64,000 nt of DNA. Origin: an uncultured Planctomycetota bacterium. GTDB lineage: Bacteria > Planctomycetota > Planctomycetia > Isosphaerales > Isosphaeraceae. Both the position numbers and the translations under genes were made by a program. This document shows positions 33,201 to 45,200 of the stretch, in pieces; within the stretch, counting starts at the first letter, position 1; every line of letters begins with the position of its first letter. The stretch lies in assembly GCA_963823665.1 (NCBI GenBank), contig CAWGMQ010000010.1:928001-992000 (forward strand). Direction: 5' to 3'. Under the pieces are notes generated by a model. It had not been told where the DNA came from. It saw only the letters and a program-made list of their open reading frames with translations, and searched no databases.

Positions 33201-36200
33201 CTGCGAAAGCGCTGGTGCCATAGATGGTGAGTTCGGCTCCATTCGAGGTGACAACGGTGCCGCCATCGATCTCTCCACCCGACAGCACGAACGAGAGCCC
33301 TGAGTCGTTCAGGGTCAATGTTCCGCCGGAATTGTCGACCGTGCCGCTTACCTCAACAGCGCCCGAGCCGGCGAACGAGGCGCTCAAGCCGACCGAAAAG
33401 GTTCCGAACAGGCCAACGGAGGACAAGAAATCGGTGGAAATGGCCGCATCGTCGGTCCACGTGCCGTTCGCTTGAACGTAGCCTCCGGAAGTGGCTGAGA
33501 TCGTGCCGGTGGTCGTCCAGTTAGTCCCGAAGAGGTTGAGCTGGCCCGTGCCCGTGGCTTCGAGTGTGCCGGAGCTCGTCCAGCCCGTACCGAAGATGCT
33601 GATAGTTCCTGCCGTCGCATCCGCGTCGACCGTGCCCTGGAAGACGAGCGGGGTTTGTGTGCCGCCGTCGTCGTACCCGATGTAGCCGCTATTTCCCTCG
33701 ATCGTGATGTTCGGCCCGATGGTCAGTGTGCCGGTGTCGCTGCCGCCTGAAGATGCAGTGTTGATCTGGTTGAAGCCGCTATAGCCAAAGACAATCGAGC
33801 CGGTGCCGCCCAGGGTCTGCGTACCCACGAAATTGAGGATGCCATTCGTGTTGTATCCCGACTGGTCTCCCATCAAGATCGTGCCGTTAAGCGTCAGACC
33901 GCCCGTCACGGTGAGCTGCGCTGCGTTGTTCGTCGCCATGTCGACCGTGCCGTTGATCGTGACGCCGCCTGCAAGGGTGTTATTACCGTTGCCGGTTACC
34001 ACGAGCTCGGCCCCATTCGTCAAATTGATCGTGCCGCCGTCGATCTCGCCGCCGTTGAGCGTCATGGCTGCGCTCAAGTCCGCGGTGGTTCCGATTGTGA
34101 GACTGCCGGCGAGGAGCATGATCGGATCCGAGCTCGTCAGGCTGTTCACGGCGTCGGCGACTGCGGAACTGTGAGTGATCGGGTTCGACACAGCGATGGA
34201 GATCGAGACGTCGTTGCCCGCCGTGGGAACGGTATCGTCCGACCAGTTGCTGGGGTCGTCCCAATCACCGCCGCTCGGGTTGATCCACGAGACAGAATTG
34301 CTTTGAGCGACGATCGTGTCTGCCGAGAACTCCGAAGTATTGCCAGAAAGATCCGTCGCCGTCGCCGTCACGTAATTGCCGGGCGCAATCTCACTCGGAG
34401 CCCCAACCGAGAATGCACCCACGCCCATGTAATTCGTCATCACGTCGGCAGAAGTGAGATAGGTCTGTCCCTGGCCATATCCCGAGGGGTCGGCCGCGGG
34501 GTTGCTGAAGAACTGGAGGAGGTAAGTCGTGTCCGGCGTCTCGGTGATCGTTCCATCGAGCGTTGTCATGCCGCCGACCGTGACGGCCGACGTGATCACC
34601 GGAAAATCCTGGAACAGGTTCGGTCCCGTGTGGCCGCTCGAGTCGTTGAGCACGACGACGCCTTCATCGCCCAGGTTGATCCCGAGCCCGGAGTTCGCGT
34701 AGATTTCGTTTGTGAGAATGGCGTTGCCGGTCGCATTGTCGCCCGCACCGTAGCCGACCACGACGCCGTCGCCCCCGCAGTAGGCGATGATGTTGCCGTC
34801 GCCCGCGGCTGTTCCGCCGATCGTGTTGTCCGACGAATTGTCGCCGATGGATATGCCGAATCCAACACTTCCCACGGCAATGGTACCGCTTCTGTCGGTG
34901 CCGATCTCGTTGCCCTCAACGAGGTTTCCGGTGGTGGCTGTTCCCTGAATAAGGATTCCCTCGCCGCCGCCCGAGATGACGTTGCCCGCCAGGGCGGTGG
35001 TGCCGCCGACCGTGACGTCGGACGTGCCGCCGCCGATTAACATTTCGGGCTTCCCGTTGCCCAGCCGGAGCGTCCCGGTGATGTCGGTGCCGATGTTGTT
35101 GCCGGCGATCAGGATATTGGAGGTGTCGTTCAAGTCGACGCCGTACGAGTAGTTGCCCGAGATGACGTTGCCCGCGCCCGCGACAGTGCCGCCGATCGTG
35201 GTGCCCGACGTACCGGACAACAGGTACACGCCAACTCCCTGGTTGCCCAGCGCGACATCACCGGTCGCGTTCGTGCCGATCAAGTTACCTTCAATCAGGC
35301 TGCTTCCCGCCAGGAGTGTCAGTCCGCCGGCGTCATTTCCGGAGATGACATTTCCGGCTCCCGCGCTTGTCCCGCCGATCGTGTTCCCGGTGCCGGATTG
35401 GATCTCGATGCCGCCGCTGCCATTGGGGATGGCGAACGTGCCGGTCGGGTCGATGCCGACGTAGTTTCCCGCCACCAGGTCCATGATCCCGCTGGTGATA
35501 AAGATTCCGCCGGCTCCATTCCCCGAGACGACGTTACCCGCGCCGGATCCGGTCCCGCCGATCACGTTGTGTCCTGTGTGTGTTCCCTGGCTGGAGACGG
35601 AACCGCTCGACGATGATCCGCCTGGCGATGATCCGCTCTGCGATGATCCGCTCGACCCGTCGCTGACGAGAATGCCCGTGCCCGCATTGGAGAGTGCAGA
35701 CGTGCCGCTTTCATTGGTGCCGATTCGATTGCCTTGCACCACGTTGTCAAATGTGTCCAGAAGCTCGACGCCTGTGCCGGTGTTGCCGGAAATCAAGTTG
35801 CCCGCGCCGGCCGCGCTGCCGCCGATCGTGTTCTGCGACGCTCCAGCTTCGACCGCGACCCCACCCGCATTGGGGACCGCGCCGCCGCCACTCACGTCGG
35901 TGCCGATCAGGTTGCCTTGGACCAGGTTGTCCGTGGTGCCCGAGCCGGTGATCTCGACCCCGTCGCCGGCGTTGCCCGAGATCAGGTTGCCCGCACCAAG
36001 GGCGGTGCCGCCGATCGTGTTGCCGGAGGCGCCGGTATCGAGCTCGACGCCGGCGCCGTTGCCGATCGCGAGCGTGCCCGTGAAGTCGGTGCCGATCTTG
36101 TTGCCCACGATCAGCGTGAAGCCCGAGCCCGTGAGAATGATGCCGTCCTGGGTGTTGCCCGAGATCACGTTGCCCGCGCCTGCGGCCGTGCCTCCGATCG

Positions 36201-39200
36201 TGGTGAGGCTCGCGCTGCTGGCGACCTCCACGCCGCTGGCGGCGTTGGCAACCGCGAAGGTGCCCGTCGGGTCGGTCCCGATAAAGTTGCCCTCGACCAG
36301 GTTGGCACTGGTGCCGTTGTCCGAGATGATGACGCCGTCGCCGTCGTTGCCCGAGATCACGTTGCCGGCACCTGTGCCGACACCGCCGATCGTGTTGTTC
36401 GTCGCGCCGGCGTCGATGATCACACCCAATCCCTGACCACCCAATGCGACGGTGCCGGTTTTGTCCGTACCGATGAAATTGCCTTGAACGAGGTTGTCGG
36501 TGGCCCCGCCGGCGCCGTAGATATCCAATCCGCCGGTAACATTACCCGAGATCACGTTCGAGGCGCCTGTAGCCGTGCCGCCGATCGTGTTGTTTGATGC
36601 TCCCGAATAGATGTCCACGCCGTAACTGTTATTGGCCAGGACGACGGTGCCGGTAGAGTCGGTCCCGATGTAATTTCCCTCGACAAGGTTGTTGTTGGCT
36701 CCCTGACCGACGATGCTCAAGGCGTAGCCGCTGTTGCCCGAGATCACGTTGCGTGCGCCTGCGACCGTGCCGCCCAAGGTATTCATCGCGCCCTGGATCA
36801 GCACGCCTCCAGCGCCGCCGAGCGCGACGGTGCCGGTCGCATCGGTGCCTAGGAAGTTCTCCGCCACGACGTCGGCCGTGTCAACAATGGCGAGATTGAA
36901 ATTATTATTGCCGGCGACGACATTGCCAGAGCCGGACACTGTGCCGCCGATCGTGTTCCCGGTGCCGTCCCGCGTCATGATGCCGCTGCCATTGGGGATG
37001 ACGAACGTGCCGGTCGGGTCGACGCCGACGTAATTACCCGCCACCAGGTCCATGATCCCGGCGGTGATAAAGATTCCGCCGGCTCCATTCCCCGAGACGA
37101 CGTTACCCGCGCCGGATCCGGTCCCGCCGATCACGTTCGAGCCCGTGTTCGAGCCGGGACCCGATGTGTATCCTCCGCTGGTCGTTTGGGCCGCGGAATG
37201 TTGCGAAAGCGAAATGCCGTACGCGGAATTCGCCAGCGCCGATGTGCCGCTTCGATCGAGCCCGATGCGGTTCCCCTGTACGTAATCCTGATAACCGTCG
37301 ATGATCTGGACGCCGTCGCCTTCGTTGCCCGAGATCAGGTTGCCCGCACCTGAGGCAGTACCGCCGATCGTATTCTGCGCCGCCCCACCGTAAATCTTCA
37401 CGCCTGCGCCGTTCTCAAATGCCACGGTGAGCGTGCCGTCCGCATTGGTGCCGATCAGGTTGCCCGCGACGACGTTGTCGGTGGTCCCGTGCCCGTAGAT
37501 GATGACGTCTCCAACGGCGTTGCCCGAAATCAGGTTTGCAGCGCCGGCCGTGGTTCCGCCGATCGTATTGCCGGTCGCGAAGTACTCGATTAAGACGCCG
37601 AAACCGGCGCCGTTGCCAAGTGCAGAAGCTCCGTCGAGCGTTGTTCCGATCCTGTTGCCTTCGACAACGTTGTCGGTCGCCGTGCTGCTCGAAATCTGGA
37701 TGCCGGCACTCATGTTTCCCGAGATCAGGTTTTGCGCCGCGGCGACTGTGCCGCCAATCGTGTTGGAACCTCCGGCGACCACGACGCCGAACACGTCGTT
37801 CGGCAAGGCGACCGTGCCAGTGATATCGGTCCCGATCATGTTGCCTGCGACCACCTCGCCGCTGTTCTCGATCTCGACACCGTTCCCCGAGTTGCCTGAG
37901 ATCAGGTTGCCGGCCCCCGCGGTTGTTCCACCGATCGTGTTGTCGCCGGCATCAATATCAATGCCGTCGCCGTCATTGGCCAGGGCCGCGCTGCCGTCGA
38001 AGTTGGTTCCAATCTTGTTCCCTTCAACCAGGTTGCCGGTGGCCCCGATATACAGAGTGATCCCGGCCGAGCTGTTGCCGGAGACGACGTTGCCCGCGCC
38101 GGCCGTCGTACCGCCAATCGTGCTCCCCGTGCCGACCGAGAAAATCCCCTCGGAGCCGGGCACCGCGACGGTTCCCGAAATATCGGTGCCGATCAGATTG
38201 CCGGCGATCAAGTTGGACCCGGCGTCATCGATGCCGTACAGGCCGTTGCCCGAGATGACGTTGCCCGACCCGGCAGCCGTCCCGCCAATCGTGTCGCTAA
38301 AAGCGAAGATGCCATAGCCGTCGTTGGCCAGGGCCGTCGTTCCTGACACACTCACACCGATCAAGTTGCCGGCGATCAAGTTAGACCCGTTGGCGTCGTA
38401 GATGCCGCTGAAGGTATTGCCCGAGATCACGTTGCCGGCGCCCGTGCCCGGCGTGGCCGTCAATCCGCCAATCGTGTTGCCGGAGGAACCTCCCCTTATC
38501 CCCACGCCGTTGCCGCCGTTGCCGATCGCCGCATCACCAGTGACGCTGGTGCCGATGAAGTTGCCCGCGATCAGGTTGTCGCTGCCGTCCAACAGGACGC
38601 CGTCGTTCGTGTTGCCCGAGATCACGTTGCCCGCGCCGGCGGCCGTGCCGCCGATCGTGTCAGCGCTGGCAGAACCGTCGATGCCGTCGCCGATGTTAGC
38701 CAGGGCCACAGTGCCGGCAGCGTCCGTGCCGATCAGGTTGCCTGCGATCAAGTCGGACCCGCCGAGGTCGTTGATGCCGGCCCGGGTATTTCCCGAGATC
38801 AGGTTGCCCGCGCCTGTGCCCGGCGTGGCCGTCAATCCGCCGATCGTGTTCCCGGTGGCACCGCCACCGATCCCGATGCCATAGACGCCGTTGGTGATCG
38901 CCACCGTGCCGGTAATATCGGTGCCGATCTTGTTGCCCGCGACCAGGTTGCCGGAGCCGCCGACATAGATGCCGTAGTGCCCGTTGCCCGAGATGACGTT
39001 GCCCGCTCCGGCAGCCGTCCCGCCGACCGTGTCGTCGTTTGAAACGTCGATGCCGTCGGTCGCGTATGCCAGGGCCACGGTGCCTGCGGCGTCTGTACCG
39101 ACGAGATTGCCTTCAATCAGGTTGTCGCCGCTAGACAAGTCGATGACGCCGGCACCGTAGTTGCCGGTGAGCAGGTTGCCGGCTCCGGTTCCCGGCGTGG

Positions 39201-42200
39201 CCGTGAGTCCACCGATCGTGTTGCCGCTGGCATCAAGAATGATGCCTTGGCTGGTGTTGGCCAGGTCCGCGGAGCCGTCGCTGTTGGTTCCAATCTTGTT
39301 CCCTTCGATGAGGTTGGCTGAGGCATAGACCATGATTCCACCATGGATGTTGCCTGAGATGACGTTGCCCGCGCCGGCCGTCGACCCGCCGATGGTGCTC
39401 CCCCCGACCCAGATGTAGATCCCCGGATAGTCGTTCGGCACCGCGATGGTCCCCGAGGAATCGGTGCCGATCAGATTGCCGGCGATCCAGTTGGCCCCCG
39501 AGTCAGAGATTCCGTCCCCGAGGTTGCCCGAGATGACGTTGCCCGCCCCGGCGGCCGTGCCGCCGATCGTGTCGCCCCCGGCGTCTAAATCCATGCCGTC
39601 GCTGGCATTGGCCAGGGCCACGGTGCCTGAGGCGCTCAAACCGATCAAGTTGCCGGCGATGACGTTGGACCCGCCGCGATCGCCGATGCCGACGCCGTCA
39701 TTGCCCGAGATCACGTTGCCGGCGCCCGAGCCCGGCGTGGCGGTCAATCCGCCGATCGTGTTGCCGGAGGCACCGGAATCGAGCCCGACGCCCCAGCCGT
39801 TGGCGATCGCCACCGTGCCGGCAATGTCGGTGCCGATGTAGTTGCCCATCACGGAGTTTCCTGTGGCGCCTGAGCCAACAAAGCTAACGCCCGCGCCGGT
39901 GTTTCCCGAAATCACGTTGCCCGCGCCGGCGGCCGTCCCACCGATCGTGTCACCGCGGGCATAGACATCGATGCCGTCCCCCTTGTTGCCCACGGCCACG
40001 GTGCCGCTCGAGTCGGTGCCGATCAAGTTGCCGGCGATCCAGTTCGACCCGCCAAGGTCGGCGATACCGGCCGCGTTGTTGCCCGAGATCAAGTTGCCGG
40101 CGCCTGTGCCGGGAGAGGCCGTCAATCCGCCGACCGTGTTGCCGGTCGAGCTGCTATAGAGATCAACGCCGCCGTCGACGTTGGCGATGGCTGCCGTCCC
40201 CGTCACGTCGGTGCCGATCTTGTTGCCCGCGAGCAGATTGTCGTTGCCGTCGAACAGGATTCCTACAGCAATATTGCCCGAGATGATGTTGCCGGCCCCG
40301 GCGGCCGTCCCGCCGATCGTGTCGCCTGCATTCACCTGCACGCCGTTGCCGTTGTTGGCCAGGGCCACCGTTCCACCGGCGGCCAAACCGATCAAGTTGC
40401 CGGCGATCAGGTTGGAGTGGCCAAGGTCGTTGATGCCGAAAACGTTATTGCCCGAGATCACGTTGCCGCCGCCTGTGCCCGGCGTGGCCGTCAATCCGCC
40501 AATCGTGTTGCCGGAGGCACCCGGATCGATCTCGACGCCGCCTTGGCCGTTGGCGATCGAAACCGTGCCGGTTATGTCGGTGCCGATCAGGTTGCCTTCG
40601 ACCACGTTAGCCGTGGTTCCGGTTTCGCTGATTTCAATGCCGTAGTCGGTGTTGCCCGAGATGACGTTGCCGGCCGCGGTGCCCGGCGTCGCCGTCGTGC
40701 CGCCGATGGTGTCGCCCGTCGTCCCGCCCTGGAGCAGGATCCCGTCGATGCTGTTGCCCAGGGCCGCCGAACCGGCACTCGAAAGCCCGATGAGATTTCC
40801 CTGGACCACGATGTCGGTTGCGCCGTCCAGGATGTTGATCCCGTAGACATTGCCTGAGATCACGTTGCCCGCACCGGCTGCGCTGCCGCCGATCGTATTC
40901 GCCTGGGCATAGGCGACGACGATGCCTTCGCCGGTGTTGCCCAGCGCGACCGTGCCTGACTGATCCGTGCCGATCAGGTTGCCCTCGATGATGTTGCCGG
41001 TCGCACCCACCTCGTTGATGTCGATGCCACGCAGGTTGCCGCTGATCACGTTGGCGGCGTCGGCCGATGTTCCACCGATCGTGTTGTCGGTCGCGCCGTC
41101 GACGAGGATCCCGGCGTTGGTGGTGTTGCCGAGGATGTGCTCGCCGGTCGCGTCCAGGCCGATCAGGTTGCCCTCGACCACGTTTCCAGTGGCGGCGGGG
41201 CCGTCGAGCCAGAGACCCCATCCGGTGTTGGGGTCGCCGCCCCCGTAGCCGATGTTGCCCGAGATGATGTTGCCGGCCCCGGCGGCCGTTCCGCCGATCG
41301 TGTTGCTGGCGCCGACGATCAGCAGTCCATTCAGGTTGTACAGCGAGACGGTGCCGGTGATATCGGTGCCGACCTTGTTTCCTTCGATGAGATTGGCGGT
41401 GGACGTGTTACCAATGACCAGGCCGTCGTCGCTGCTGGAGATCACGTTGGCGGCGCCTGGGGTCGTACCGCCGATCGTATTGAGAGTGGCGCCTCCGGTG
41501 ATCGAAATCCCGGCGCCCCCGTTGCGAATCGAAACGGTACCGGTGATGTCGGTGCCGATCAGGTTGCCTTCGACGAGGTTGCCGGTGGAACTCGTGCCGA
41601 TCAAGTCCAGCGCGTCGCTGCTCGAGCCGGCGAGCACGTTGGCGGCTCCGGCGGTCGTCCCGCCGATCGTGTTGTCCGGACCGTCGACCTCGATGCCGGC
41701 ACCTCCGGTCGTCAACTTGACCGTACCGGTGATATCCAGACCGCTGATATTGCCCTCGACCAGGTTGTCCTGGGCCCCGTGCTCAAGCCAGATGCCGGTG
41801 TTGGTCAGAATGTTTCCCGCGCCTGAGACGATGCCGCCGATCGTGTTGCCCGAATCGATCAAGTCCGCGGCGGTCGTGCCGATGACGATGCCTTGCGTTT
41901 GTCCGACGACGGCCGTCCCGGTCGGGTTGGAATCGATCAAGTTGCCCTCGACCAAGGTGTCGCTGGTGAGGAACATCGCATACGCGGTGGGATTTCCCAC
42001 AATGACGTTGGCGGCGCCTGAGACGGTGCCGCCGATCGTGTTCCCCTCCGCGGCGTTCAGCTCCCAGATGTCGAAGTTGTAGTTGGCCACGACGGCGGTG
42101 TCGGCGACGTTTGAGCCGATGTAGTTGCCCTCGATCAGGTTGGCGGTGGCTCCCGAATAATCGAGGCTGATGCCCTCACTCCCCGCCCCGGAGATCACGT

Positions 42201-45200
42201 TGCGAGCCGCGCCGATCGTGCCGCCGATCGTGTTGCCCGCCGATTCGATCTGGAGGTCCACCGGGGTCGCCGAAGAAAGCGAGGTGGTGCCCGCAACGTC
42301 GAGGCCGACAACGTTGCCTTCGACGACGTCGTCGGTCGCGCCCGAGCCGTCGAGCAGGATGTTTACATCGGCGTTCGCCGAAATCACATTGAGCGAGCCG
42401 GCCGCGGTGCCGCCGATGGTGTTGCCGATGCTCAGCACCTCGACGCCGAAGCCGCTGTTGGGAAGGGCGTTTTCTCCGGTCACATCCGTGCCGATCAGAT
42501 TGCCGAGCACCACGTTGTCGTCGGCGGCCACCTGGATCTCGACACCATCATTCGTGTTGCCCGAGATCACGTTGCCGGCGCCGGTGCCGGCCGTGGCGGT
42601 TACACCGCCGATCGTGTCGCTTCCGGAGAACGACCCGATCACGACGCCGTTGTAGTTGGGAAGGGCCACGGTCCCGGTGATATCCGTGCCGATCAGATTG
42701 CCCACGACGAGATCGCCGCTGCTGTTGAACTGGACGCCGGCATTCGTGTTTCCCGAGATCACGTTGCCCGCGCCCGTGACCGTGCCGCCGACCGTGTTCG
42801 ACGCCGTGCTGGAGCTGTAAAGCTGGACGCCGTAGGCATTCGGTATGGCGAATGTACCGCTCGCGTCCGTGCCGATCAGGTTGCCCTCGACGAGGTTGTC
42901 GGCTGGGGCATTGATCGTGTCGATCTCGATGCCGATGTTATTGCCCGAGATGAGATTGCCCGCGCCGGAGGCTGCACCGCCAATCGTGTTGGTGTTGGAC
43001 TGAACCCGCACGCCGTGTTCGTAGTTCCCCAACGCCGCCGTTCCCGCGCTGTTGGTGCCGATCTTGTTGCCTTCGACCAGGCTGCCGCCGGCAAGGAGGT
43101 CCACGCCGTCGACGTAGCTCGCGGAGATGACATTGCCCGCCCCTGCGGCCGTGCCCCCGATCGTCAAGCCCGTTGCGTCGGGGCTCACGAAAACGCCATA
43201 GTCATTGGCCAGACCCGCCGCGCCGCTTTCGGTCGTTCCGATCAGATTGCCCTCGATCAGGTCGTTCGCTCCGGTGACATCGATTCCGTTATCGGTATTG
43301 CCCGAGATCACGTTCACGGCGCCGGAGGCCGTTCCGCCCACGGTGTCGTTTGAACCGCCGACATACACGCCATCACCGCCATTGGGGATGGCGAAGGTTC
43401 CGGTTGAGTCCGTCCCCACCAAGTTGCCCGCGATCAGGTCAAATTGATCGCTGTCCCCGATTCCGGCGTATTCGTTCCCGGAAATGACATTGCTTGATCC
43501 GGCCGCCGTGCCGCCAATCGTGTTTTGCGACGCACCCGTGAAGTCAATTCCGTCCTCGTTGGCGAGCGCCGCGTTGCCGGCCGCATTCGTGCCAATCAAG
43601 TTCCCCAGGACGACGTTGCCCGTGGTTCCGGAGTCGTAGAGCGACACGCCGTCGCTCGCGTTCCCGGAGATAACATTGGCCGCGCCGAGGCCGCGCCGCC
43701 GATCGTGTTGTCCGTGGCGCCGTCGAAGATGCCCACACCGACTCCGTCGTTCGCGATTGCGACGGTGCCGGTGACATCGGTGCCGATATAGTTCCCCAGA
43801 ACGACGTTTTCCGACGCTCCGGCCCCTACGATGTCGACGCCATCCAGGGTGTTGCCCGAGATCAGGTTGCCCGCGCCGGCCGCCGTGCCGCCGATCGTGT
43901 TGGCCGTTGGACCCAGGTAGATGTCGACGCCAACGACGGTGTTGGGCACCGCGACGGTGCCGGCCAGGTCGGTGCCGATCTTGTTGCCCAGCACAACGTT
44001 GCCCGTCGTGCCTGTGCCGTCGATGGCAATGCCATCGCCGACATTGCCGGAGATCAGGTTGCCGGCGCCCGAGGCGGTGCCGCCGATCGTGTTGTCGATT
44101 GCGCCGCCATCCACGATCATCCCGGCTTCCGTATTGCCCAGCGCCACGGTGCCGGTGATATCGGTTCCGATCAAATTCCCCTCGACCAGATTGTCGTCTG
44201 CTCCGATGTAGACGCCGGTGGCGTTCCCTGAAATCACGTTACCGGCGCCCATGGCCGTGCCGCCAACCGTGTTGTCTGCCGAGTAAAGGTCCACACCGTC
44301 GCCGTAGCCGTTGCCGATCGCGACTGTGCCGGTATAGTCGGTGCCGATCAGGTTGCCCACGATCACCTCGAAGGCGCCTTGGACGCTGATCCCCGAGTAT
44401 GTGTTGCCTGAGACCACGTTGCCTGCGCCCGCCGCCGTGCCGCCGATCGTGTTGCCCGAATTGCCGAAGAAGAAGAAACCGTAGGAGTTGGCAAGCGCCG
44501 CGGTGCCCGCCTCGTTGGTACCGATCAAGTTCCCTTCGAAGACGTTGGCGCTGGCTCCCGTCCCCGTGAAATAGATCCCGTATTGGCTGTTTCCCGAGAT
44601 CACATTGGCGGAAAACCCGCCGATCCCACCGATGGTGTTGTCCGACGCGCCCAGGTCGAATGTGATCCCGAAGGCATTGGGCAGCGCAACGGTGCCGGTC
44701 ACGTCGGTGCCGATCAGGTTGCCCGCGACCACGTTGCCGTTGGAGGTGTTCCCTGTGATCTCGACGCCGTTCGTCGTGTTGCCCGAGATCAAGTTGCCCG
44801 CGCCGGAAACCGTGCCGCCGATCGTGTCCGATAGGCCCCCATTAAGCTGCACGCCGTCGGCGCCGCCGCCGAGGGCGACCGTGCCGGTCTTGTCGGTGCC
44901 GATGTAGTTGCCCGCCACGACATCAGCCGTGTCGGAATCGATTTCGACATTGTTCGATCCATTTCCGGCGATGACGTTGCGTGCGGCGGAGGTCGTACCC
45001 CCGATGGTGATGCCGGTCCCGTTGCCGCTATCGATGCCGTCCAGAGTGTTCGAGATCGCCACGGTGCCGGCGGCATCGGTGCCGATGTAGTTCCCGGCGA
45101 TGAGGTCGTCCGTGGAGTCGAAGAGATAAATCCCGCCGCCGCTATTGCCGGAGATGACGTTGCGGTAGCCGGCGCTGGGGCCGCCAATGGTGTTTGCGGA

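Larger units (their letters stand above)
21280..34300 (-). repeat. Array of ~230-340 aa beta-solenoid (autotransporter-passenger-like) repeats, including near-perfect DNA duplications
   Basis: Recurring FQGAQTLGGTG...INTASSGGDSGTLTIGPNITI...GTNWTNSGTI. There is a 696-bp near-identical duplication (~27650-28345 / 28346-29040), plus copies offset by 775 bp and by 1022/1023 bp. Confidence 0.9.
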
